From Malacoraja senta (lineage: Eukaryota), in NCBI GenBank assembly GCA_038087875.1, contig CM075981.1, forward strand, positions 1,612,001 to 1,676,000: 64,000 nucleotides of DNA, written 5' to 3'. Position 1 is the stretch's first letter. Each line of letters begins with the position of its first letter. The notes beneath the pieces are model-generated. The model saw nothing but the letters and a program-made list of their open reading frames with translations. It did no database searches and had not been told where the DNA came from. Positions 34,701 through 43,053 of this stretch are shown here, in pieces. A program made the translations under genes and the position numbers.

Positions 34701-35912
34701 TTTGTGTGTTGGAAGGAACTGCAGATGGTGGTTTACACTGAAGGTAAACATAAAATGCTCTAGAAATTAGCGGGTCAGGGGCGACATTTTGCCAGCAGCG
34801 CAACAGAAAATCATCAAATATAGTAGTTCTCAGCTTAGCTGGATAAAAGAAACAGATTGAGTATGTGTGTATGTGTATATATACACACTGAACTTATTTT
34901 TCTCTCCCGTTATGTACTATGTCTACATATTCTGTTGTGCTGCAGCAAGTACGATTGTCATTGTTCTATCTGGGACATATGACAATAAAACACTCTATAC
35001 TCTTGAAAAGGAACAGTTGACGTTTCAAGGCGAGACCCTTCTTCAGACTGAGAGTCAGGTGAAAGGGAAACAAGAGATATAGAAGGTACATGGAACAAAT
35101 GAATGAAATATATGAATGAATGATGTTTAAACCTGTTCATAATATGGCTCTATCGACAACATATTTTCCAGAATCCAAGTGCAATACATCACACGGTGAA
35201 GACAACAATGAAATCCAGGTAAAAATGTGAAATATAAATTCTCTGAGTGATGAAAAATATATAATATTGAATTATCTGTGTTTACACAGGCCATTTAGCA
35301 ACACCAGTCCACTCCAGTTAAGAGAACCAGCACAGAAACTGGCCCTTTGGCCCACCGAGTCCACGCCGACCGGTGACCCACGCACACAAAAACTATCCTA
35401 CGCACACTAGGGACAATTTGCAATTATGCCAAACCAATTAACCTACAAACATGTTGTAGGCACTGTCAGGCAACAACTCTACCGCTGCTCCACCATGCTG
35501 CGCTATCTTTGTGTTGTAAACAGCAGCAATGGCCTGTTCTGTACACTGAACAGTTTGAGACCTACTTTGTAATAGACATCTGTTGAGGACCTTTCAAATC
35601 TATTAGGTTGTAAAATGGGATTTTGTTATATTTTAGGAAATGGCAGTGTTGGAAGGGAACCACGTTGATGCAAATCTGCAGCAAATTGGAAACAACAGGG
35701 CAGCTGACCATTTGGATAACAATGAAGGTGGAATCACATATGCAGTGGTGAAATGTCAAAGGAAGTCGAGATCAAGGCACCCTGAGACTCACAACACTGT
35801 TCTCTACGCAGATGTTAATTTTCATCGCAACTGCCCAAAGGGCAATCGGAAACCCCACTCTACTAGGGCTCCAGAGAACTCTGAAACAATTTATGCCTCT
35901 GTTGTTTCTTAG
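7721..35912 (+). CDS. Gene A: 11-exon inhibitory Ig-superfamily receptor, L-V-V-V-C2-V-C2-stalk-TM-cyt (CD300/pIgR-like V domains; MDIR-like), 798 aa
   Basis: join(7721-7757, 9332-9646, 11834-12148, 16202-16516, 18942-19262, 20514-20825, 22023-22343, 23634-23682, 29745-29833, 35172-35218, 35637-35912) = 2397 nt. All introns GT-AG, phases compatible (1,1,1,1,1,1,1,2,1,0), no internal stop. No transcript evidence available. Confidence 0.85.
9332..9646 (+). CDS. Gene A V-set Ig exon V1
   Basis: tttcag acceptor, g|gtatgt donor, 315 nt. Motifs [32 protein letters not shown] (four-Cys CD300/pIgR pattern). Confidence 0.95.
9981..10840 (+). mobile_element. 5'-truncated CR1 fragment in intron V1-V2 (also 48985-49844 in copy B)
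   Basis: [10 protein letters not shown]...RPHLDYC...[11 protein letters not shown]-terminal CR1 ORF2 motifs with frameshifts; microsatellite tail. Confidence 0.9.
11834..12148 (+). CDS. Gene A V-set Ig exon V2
   Basis: tttcag acceptor, g|gtacgt donor, 315 nt; same four-Cys V motifs ([18 protein letters not shown]). Confidence 0.95.
12349..13785 (-). mobile_element. 5'-truncated CR1 fragment in intron V2-V3 (also ~51353-52783 in copy B)
   Basis: Minus-strand [14 protein letters not shown] and RPHLEYC motifs; agaaacat repeats (tail) at the left end. Confidence 0.92.
13990..15082 (+). mobile_element. Penelope-like element fragment (also ~52990-53965)
   Basis: [43 protein letters not shown] and YIGETKRRL-like GIY-YIG remnants. 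Confidence 0.8.
16202..16516 (+). CDS. Gene A V-set Ig exon V3
   Basis: tttcag acceptor, g|gtacgt donor, 315 nt; [18 protein letters not shown]; N-V-T sequon. Confidence 0.95.
16870..18005 (+). mobile_element. Penelope-like element fragment (internally deleted copy at ~55770-56525)
   Basis: Paralogous to 13990-15082; [10 protein letters not shown]...[12 protein letters not shown] remnants. Confidence 0.8.
18942..19262 (+). CDS. Gene A C2-type Ig exon C2a
   Basis: ccacag acceptor, g|gtgagt donor, 321 nt. [18 protein letters not shown]...YYCTASN...SSE resembles FCRL/PECAM-type C2 domains. Confidence 0.92.
20514..20825 (+). CDS. Gene A V-set Ig exon V4
   Basis: tttcag acceptor, g|gtaggt donor, 312 nt; [18 protein letters not shown]. 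Confidence 0.95.
22023..22343 (+). CDS. Gene A C2-type Ig exon C2b
   Basis: ccacag acceptor, g|gtaagt donor, 321 nt; [18 protein letters not shown]...YYCTASN. Confidence 0.92.
23215..23435 (-). mobile_element. V-SINE, minus strand (similar element at ~61900-62090)
   Basis: Reverse complement of the head and V-domain. Confidence 0.65.
23634..23682 (+). CDS. Gene A stalk micro-exon (G)[15 protein letters not shown](R)
   Basis: ttgttccaacag acceptor, ag|gtaaac donor, 49 nt. Supplies exactly the phase 1 to 2 shift needed to join C2b to the TM exon; conserved in copy B at 62278-62326. Confidence 0.85.
23910..24960. mobile_element. Penelope-like element remnant with internal inversion
   Basis: Minus-strand GIY-YIG and 3' end (~24000-24770), plus a plus-strand RT C-terminal piece ([24 protein letters not shown]). 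Confidence 0.75.
25135..25545 (+). mobile_element. Old CR1 3'-end fragment
   Basis: Degenerate [12 protein letters not shown]...RVVNLWN homology, cttatgac tail; absent at the orthologous site in copy B (~63000). Confidence 0.7.
25681..27601 (+). mobile_element. 5'-truncated CR1 (RT region), present in copy A only
   Basis: [33 protein letters not shown]; (tttctatg/tttccatg)n tail. Flanks are contiguous in copy B near 63140. Confidence 0.92.
28208..28500 (+). mobile_element. V-SINE
   Basis: Same head, V-domain and gctgtatctctaaa end. Confidence 0.7.
28508..29390 (-). mobile_element. GC/CpG-rich non-coding repeat, probably a non-autonomous LINE derivative
   Basis: Abrupt GC-rich block inserted in a SINE (taaac)n tail; terminal stem-loop TTTGGACC-7nt-GGTCCAAA at 28558-28580 beside an (attgt)-like tail. 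Family not identified. Confidence 0.45.
29745..29833 (+). CDS. Gene A transmembrane exon [29 protein letters not shown]
   Basis: tctctgtccgacag acceptor, g|gtgagt donor, 89 nt. Uncharged hydrophobic span followed by basic stop-transfer KRKTK. Confidence 0.9.
30598..33800 (+). mobile_element. CR1-clade LINE with near-complete ORF2 (APE endonuclease + reverse transcriptase), inactivated
   Basis: LCLNARS...GITET* (TGA at 31001-31003), then the same frame continues into ORF 31091-33703: [32 protein letters not shown]; (tttctatg)n tail. Confidence 0.95.
34140..34540 (-). mobile_element. Penelope-like 3' fragment
   Basis: Reverse complement matches the 3' end and GIY-YIG tail of the other PLE copies. 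Confidence 0.65.
35172..35218 (+). CDS. Gene A cytoplasmic exon (E)[15 protein letters not shown]
   Basis: attttccag acceptor, cag|gtaaaa donor, 47 nt; phase 1 to 0 links the TM exon to the last exon in frame. Confidence 0.75.
35637..35912 (+). CDS. Gene A terminal cytoplasmic exon with ITIM-ITIM-ITSM
   Basis: tattttag acceptor. Encodes ITYAVV (35733-35750), VLYADV (35799-35816), TIYASV (35886-35903), then TAG. Confidence 0.9.
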   Translation, partial: EMAVLEGNHVDANLQQIGNNRAADHLDNNEGGITYAVVKCQRKSRSRHPETHNTVLYADVNFHRNCPKGNRKPHSTRAPENSETIYASVVS

Positions 35913-37676
35913 GAGAGATCTTTAATTCGGTGTGAGTTTTTAGCAATACTTGCTTTACCACTCTATTTAGATTACACTGCTTTAATCTGTCCTATACGTT
36001 GTGAAAGATGGACACAAAATGCTGGAGTAACTCAACAGGTCAGACAGCATCTCTGGAGAAAATAGACAGTTGATGTTTGACGTTGGGACCCATATTCAGA
36101 TGGTCTGTAGAAAGGTCCTGACCCAAAATGTTACCCATTAATTTTCACCAGAGATATTTCATGACCATCTGAGTTACTCCAGCATTTTGGGTTCGTCTTT
36201 GGATAAACCGGCATATTTTTATAGCTATACTTTGTCAAGCTCCTTCTGAGCTGGTTCGTTCAATTCATCAGGTGTAAGGGGTGATGGGGAGAAGGCAGGA
36301 GAGTGACGTTAGGAGGGAGAGGTAGATCAGCGATGATTCAATGGTGGAGTAGCTTTCATGGGCAAAATTGTCTGCCCCTATCACTGATGACCTTACGAAT
36401 TACACCCACTTCTACGATCTCTTTCATCCGCCAGTATAATGAATGACTCTAGATCACGCATACAAATGATAAAACGCCACTGGTTCCCATTCTTGTCATA
36501 CCCACCCTCACTCCCTCCACCCACAAATTCCCCAACCCTCCCATCATAATTCCTTGCAACGGTCAGCCTAAGCACACCTCAACCCATTGTCTCTGGGCCA
36601 AAATATTGTGCGTTCAAGTCAATAAAGGGGCAATGGACCAAGCAAGAAAATGGGTTCAAGTGGATAGTGGGCTAAGGCAGAGAAGCCCAAGATGCAGCAG
36701 AAGTAAGTTCAATTGGAAATGCTGATCTTAGCAGCATTTCTACAGGACCTCTTCTAAACTCTAGAGGTACTCTGTTCGAAATATACAAAGTTCTTACAGA
36801 GCAGGAGAGTGCAGGTGAAGGGATTAGGTTTTCCATGGCTCGTAGTGAGGAGGGGTTAGTTGGGCCAAAGGGTCTGTTTCTTCGTTGTATGAATCTATGA
36901 CTCGAATAAACTCTAGCCTGGGAACAATTTTTTCTTCAATATTGAAGGATTCACGGAAATAGAACTAGTACTGGATATTGAGATGATAAAGGATAAGGTA
37001 TGATTTTAATGCATGGTGTAGTTATGAAGGACCTAGTGCGGACTGACATATTTGTTCATTAATTTGTTCGCCCTACAATACACTTTTTTTTAACACATTT
37101 CCAGTCAATGTACAAACACATCAAAGGCCATCGTGCGATGGAAATAGATATTGGGTTCTGAGTCAAATGTGTGAGCTGCATCTTTCTGTAGTCAACGAGC
37201 TTCCTGTTAATATGTGCAGTTGAGTAAACACAAAACAACACTTCAGTGGGTCAAGCAGCATCTCTGACAGGAAATGGGCACATGACATTTCAGGTCAAGA
37301 CCCTACTTCAGACTGGTGTTACTTTTCTCCGAATATGACTGCCGCAGAAACCCACAAACATACAATGTGCATAGGTTAGTACGTTTTTAGTGCAGAATTA
37401 GGCATCTCGGCCATTCAAGTCTACTCCACACTTCAATCATGGCTGATGTATTTTCCCCTCCCAACCCCATTCTCCTGCCTTCTCCTTATAATCCCTGAAG
37501 CCCACACTGATCAGGAATCTTTCAATCTCTGCCTCCGAAATATCCATTGACTTGGCTTCCACAACCGTCTGTTAAAATAAATTCCACAGATTCACCACCC
37601 TCTGACTAAGGAAATTTGGCCCATATCTCTCTAAACCTATCATGTCAAGGTACCCTCAGGTTCCTATTAAATCTTT

Positions 37677-37780
37677 CCCCCCTCCCCCCCTCACCCCCTC
37701 AACCCCCCCCCCCCCCGACCTCACCCCCCCTCACCCCCCCCCCCACCTCACCCCCCCCTCTCACCCCCCCCTCTCTCCCC
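37677..37780. repeat. C-rich low-complexity tract, (cctcacccccc)n-like
   Basis: Direct reading. Absent from the paralogous sites at ~2150 and ~41080. Confidence 0.85.
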
Positions 37781-37892
37781 TTAAACCTATGTCCTCTGGT
37801 CCTCAAGTGTTCAGCAAGAACATGTAGAGTGTAAGAATGTTCGCTCAGGGAGAGCACCTTGTCCTGGCAGGTTAGTGGGTTTCAGGTAGAAC

Positions 37893-38150
37893 ACAGTGGC
37901 ACAGCGGTAGAGTTGCTGCATTACCACGGCTGAGATCCTGGTACGATGCTGACTTCGGGTGCTGTCTCTATGGAGTATGTACGTTCTCCCTGTGTCCGCA
38001 TGGGTTTTCTCTGGGTACTCCAATTTCCTCCCACACTCCAAATACATACAGGTTTGTAGGTTAATTTGCTCAATAAATTGTATATGGGGTGAACACTGAT
38101 TGGCGCGGTGTCGATGGGCCGAAGACCCTGTTCCCACGCTGTATCTATAA
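37893..38150 (+). mobile_element. V-SINE, paralog of 2289-2776 without the palindrome insertion
   Basis: Single caggtttgtaggtt at 38049-38062 (empty site). Confidence 0.75.
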
Positions 38151-38549
38151 CGTTTTCTTGTCAATTGCGCACACCGGAAGGAGCTGGATACCAGTCTTGT
38201 CCAGAGCACAGCTGCCTTGTGTACCTCGGACGTTGTGCAACACAACGCAACGATAAAATGGTCTGACTGGGGAGCCCTTCCCACCAACTTGATAGGGCTC
38301 TTAAAGATAGCAGAGTCAGGGGATATGGGGAGAAGGCAGGAACATGGTACTGATTGTGGATGATCAGCAATGATCGCATTAAATGGCGGTGCTGGCTCGT
38401 AGGGCCGAATGGCCTTCTCCTACACCTATTGTCTATTGTCTATTGTCTATAACACCCAAGGAAGGATGTTCACTGTCGGCTTCCAAAACCATCAGGGAGG
38501 AAGTACCATAGACTTAACTCTGCAGTTTGCTTGCTGGTTTGCAAGCATG

Positions 38550-39601
38550 TGTCGAGGAGGATGGTGGCTTAAGAGTTAATGTGTACATGACAGATTGCTT
38601 GTTGCACGTGGTGAGCCTGCTTTACTTACTTAGGATTGTTAACTAATGAATGGTTTTGCAGAACTAAAAAAGGTATTGTGACTAAAAAGGGAAGAGGCCC
38701 GATACCAAGTAGTACTGCAGTTAAAACACATCTGTTCTAAACAATAAGAACCAGTGCAGAAATGTGCTGATTGTGTGATTAGCTGGACACATGACCACTC
38801 ATGTATAAATATACTGCCTGTGCACAGAAAAATTGAGTGGGACCGTGAGGGGCAACGATTATGTAACCATACTCATGTATGCTCTCCAACTCCCGCGTGC
38901 GTAATAAAGAGGAATTGTTACATTCTTAAAGTGACTAATTTGGTTTGTTGTTTGATAGCGCGGTTTGAAATTTAACATTGGCATAGTCGGCAGGATATCG
39001 CTGGGACCATCCCCGACGACTGCGTAAGCAGCTGTTATCTGGCCGGGACCTCGAGGTGGTAAAAAGTGTACTATCGGATCCATTGAGTCTGAACTCCCGA
39101 ACGAGTTCTCGGGAAACCGTGGTCCCTCGTCTGAGGTTGATCTGGTTCCCTGCCGAGATTCACAAGAGTCAGAGGTAAGAGAAACATCGTTATAATAGTC
39201 AAAAGGTGGGTTAATTGAACATTCAAACTGAGAAGAGTGGGGTCTGTGTAAATTAAGATAATAATTGAACATTCCCATCGTAATTCCTTGCAAAGGTCAG
39301 CCTAAGCACACCACAACCCATTCTCTCTGGGCCAAAATATTGTGGGTTCAAGTCCGTAAAGGGGCAATAGATCAAGCAAGAACATGGGTTCAAGTGGATT
39401 GTGGTCTAAAGCAGATAAGCCCAAGATGTAAAATAATCCTCAAGCCTGGGTAAGGGGCCTCACTGAAACTTGGTCAAGACTGGATTTTACCTGCCTCAGT
39501 GACCAGTTGCAAATAAACTGATCTTAAGTGAGCCCATCCCTAGATACGACCTAGCAGAGGGGAAATGGGGAGGGATGTGAGTAATTTAGCGTGGAACTGC
39601 A
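38550..39601 (+). mobile_element. Unclassified ~1.05-kb element, possibly a solo LTR (partial copy at 1-967)
   Basis: Homology to 2915-3010 stops at 38549 and TGT begins; AATAAA at 39512-39517; ends ...gaactgCA. No TSD seen. Confidence 0.3.
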
Positions 39602-41412
39602 GAAATATTCATAGATTTTCTAATTTGTTAGAATGCAAGAAGTGCGACAAGAGTGTTTTATTGTCATAGAGTATGTACTTGCAGCTGCACAATAGAGCAA
39701 TATACATGAATTCCTTTATCTTTTGTACTAACTGAGAATGCAAGGTGGAGGAAGGGGAGGAAGGCAATGTAGATGTGGTTGTGTAAAAGGCAATGAATGC
39801 TTTGTATCTGAGGGCATCTGCCCCAGGACATGTGTAACTAAAGTTGGCCAATGTGTAATAAAAATAATTTGTTCTGAAAATAAGCCCCCGAGTCCACGTG
39901 AAATGTTCCCGTCTACAACGTCCTTCCCCAGTAAATGAGCACACGACGTACGAGCACTTCAGTGCCAACTGTAGAGTACATCAATGCCTGAACTGCAAAC
40001 TTCTGAGTGAGATTCGAAACCAAGAAGATTCAACTGTCATGACCACAGAACCCCCAACCCCTCTCCAAAAAAAGGCAATTTCTGTAGCAGAAGAAAGTTC
40101 GATTGGAAATTCCGGTCTTAGCAGCATTGCTAAAGGACCTCTTCTCAACTCTGGAGGTACTCTGTTCGAAATATACAAAGTTCTTACAGAGCAGGAGAGT
40201 GCAGGGATGAGGCCTATCTTTGCTCAATTATCCAGACGCAGTGAGGAGGGGTAAGTTGGGCCAAATGGCCTGTTTCTGCGTTGTATGACTCAATGACTCC
40301 AATACAATCTAGCCTGGGAACAATTGTTTCTTTGATATTAAGGGATCTATGGAAATAGAACTAGTACTGGAAACTGACATGATAAAGGATAAGCTACGAT
40401 TTTAATGCATGGTGTAGTTATGAAGGACCGAATGGGGCCTGATATACTTGTTCATTAAATTGTTCACCCAACAATACACATTTATTTGTTTTGAACACAT
40501 TTCCAGTCAATGTACAAACACATCAAAGGCCAACGTGCGATGGAAAGAAATATTGGGTTCTGAGCCAAATGTGTGAGCTGCATCTTGCTGTGGTCAACGT
40601 GCTTCCTGTTAATATGAGCAGTTGAGCAAAACACAAAAAAACACTACAGTGGTTCAAGCAGCATATGTGAAAGGAGATGGGCAAGTGACATTTCAAGTCA
40701 GGACCCTACTTCAGACTGGTGTTACTTTTCTCAGAATATGATTGCAGCAGAAACCCACAAACAAACAATGGTCATAGGTTCATAAGTCCTAAGTGCAGAA
40801 TTAGGCCTTTCGGCCCATCAAGTCTACTCCGCCATTCAATCATGGCTGATCTATCTTCCCCTCTCAACTCCATTCACCTGCCTTCTCCCCATAACCCCTG
40901 ACTCCCACACTAATCAGGTATCTGTCAATCTCTGCCTAAAAAATATCCATCGAATTGGCTTCCACAGTTGACTGTTGAAAAAATTCCACAAATTCACCAA
41001 CCTCTGACTAAAGAAATTTGGCCCATATCTCTCTAAACCTATCCTGTCCAGCTTCCCTCAGGTTCCTATTAAATCTTTCCCCAACCTTAAACCTATGACC
41101 ACTGCTTCTCAAATTATGTCCTCTGGTTCTCAAGTATTCAGCAATAACATGTAGAGTATAAGAATGTTATCTTAGGGAGAGCACATTGCCCTGGCAGGTC
41201 AGTGGGTGGAACACAGTGGCACAGCGGTAGAGTCGCTGCCTTACAGCGCCTGAGACCCAGGTTCGATGCTGACTTCGGGTGCTGTCTGTATGGAGTTTGT
41301 ACGTTCTCCTTGTGTACACATGTTTCTCGGGGTGCTCCGGTTTCCTCCCACACTCCAAAGACATATAGGTTTGTAGGTTGTTAAAGAAGGAACTGCAGAT
41401 GCTGGAAAATCG

Positions 41413-41603
41413 AAGGTACACAAAAATGCTGGAGAAACTCAGCGGGTGCAGCAGCATCTATGGAGCGAAGGAAATAGGCAACGTTTCGGGCCGAAACCCT
41501 TCTTCAGACTGAAGAAGGGTTTCGGCCCGAAACGTTGCCTATTTCCTTCGCTCCATAGATGCTGCTGCACCCGCTGAGTTTCTCCAGCATTTTTGTGTAC
41601 CTT
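41413..41603. repeat. Perfect 191-bp palindrome (copy B of the PLE-derived insertion)
   Basis: 41413-41507 is the exact reverse complement of 41509-41603. Confidence 0.9.
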
Positions 41604-42758
41604 AGGTTTGTAGGTTAATGTGCACAGTAAATTGTATATGGGGTGAACACTGATTGGCGCGGTCTCAGTGGGCCGAAGAGCCTGTTTCCACGCTGTATCT
41701 ATAAAGTTTTCTTGCCAATTGCACACTCCAGAAGTAGATGGATAACAGTTTTGTCCAGAGCACAGCTGCCTTGTGCAGATCTGTGGTTGTGCAACACAAC
41801 GCAACGCAAAAAGGATCTGACTTTGGAGCCCTTCCCACCACCACCCAACGTAGGATGTTCACAGTCGGCTTGCAAAACCATCGAGGGGGAAGTACCATAG
41901 ACTTAATTCTGCAGTTTGCTTGCCGGTTTGCAAGCATGCAGCTCCCATGTTGCTACCCAGGGTTCAATCCTTGTTCTTGCCTGCAAGGTAAGTTGAAATA
42001 TATGTCAGACAATCACACATTGGCACAGCAGGTAGAGCCGCTGCCGCACAGCATCCGAGTCCCAGGTTCGATACTGACCTCGAGTGCTGTCTGGAAATCA
42101 TTTGTAACCAATGATGTAGAATTTCATGATCACGGCAGGATTAAAAACGTATTAATTTGTGTGAATCTCTGGAGGAACTCCAGTAATCGCACAACATTAA
42201 AGTGAATCTGCTTGGCCGTCACTCCATATTTTCCTTACTTTTGTCAAAATTATTTTGAAATGTATCTCCCAGTCGGTGTGGAGACGCTCAGGAGGGAAGT
42301 CCAGAAGAGAGTGTGAATGGTTTACATCAGCGTGGCCAAGCAAAACCTGGGCCACAGTTTCGCTGAACACTTGTGCTTGGTCTGTCATGACCCAGAATCG
42401 CGCTTGATAGACACCCCATCCTCAACCTCCCCCGCTGATGCAGAGCAGCAGCAGTTTAGCACGATGCACTGCAGCAACTCACCAAGACTCCCTCGACAGC
42501 GCCTTGCAATTGCAAAAGGCTCCGTGTTCAAGGCATTATTCTTCACCATTCCCACCAACACTGGCTGGGAAGTGCTTTGGAACGGTGAGGGACGGTGTAC
42601 AGTATCTGTCTCTCATCGCAATCTAGGTGGAATTCAACACAGTTACGAAAATGATTGGGCGGTCTCCCCTGTACACAGTGATGTATATTATAATGTATCT
42701 GTTTGTGAAAGGCTAATTTTCCTCTTCAAATTATGAAATATTTAACCTTCACTTTCAT

Positions 42759-43053
42759 GTGCACTGTGGGCAGAGAGCGCAGAAAGAGGGGTTGTAGGTA
42801 AAGCGATCACAATCGTATGTCACTATGCAGCAGCGTACCGCTCACACACAAAATACTGGTGCCGTGGGACAAGTCGCCAACGTACACATGTGGTGGAAAC
42901 AAATGGCAAACATGGACAGAGCGGAAGAGTGTCAATCACAGATAACCCGGCACGAGGAACATTTACTGTGACTGTGGAGGATCTTCGCTCTGGAGATACA
43001 GGATGGTACAAATGTGGAATTATTACATCTGGCGAACCAACATTTAAAGTACA
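42759..43053 (+). pseudogene. Orphan V4-type Ig pseudo-exon (copy B)
   Basis: Frame open, but the acceptor is tttcat, the upstream alternative ag is also lost (ccttcac), C' Cys to Arg, and the 3' end and donor are truncated. Confidence 0.88.

Larger units (their letters stand above)
36540..38549. repeat. Older third paralog of the intergenic spacer
   Basis: Aligns piecewise to 640-3010 and 39270-41940, with visibly more substitutions than A versus B. Confidence 0.8.
1..38635. repeat. Tandem segmental duplication unit, copy A (left end may lie before the window)
   Basis: Position 1 (ttgctaactaatgaatgg) aligns to 38636 (ttgttaactaatgaatgg). Exon offsets A to B: 39004 (leader, V1, V2), 38890 (V3), 38522 (C2a), 38981 (V4), 38951 (C2b), 38644 (stalk). 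Confidence 0.95.

Noticed and set aside
7721-35912. Calling the gene a pIgR or CD300 orthologue
   Set aside because: C2 domains and an ITIM/ITSM tail do not fit pIgR, and six domains do not fit CD300. Orthology cannot be shown without phylogeny and synteny, so no symbol is given.
38859-39293. 144-aa minus-strand ORF in the unclassified element
   Set aside because: No recognisable motifs, and the A copy is broken into shorter ORFs.
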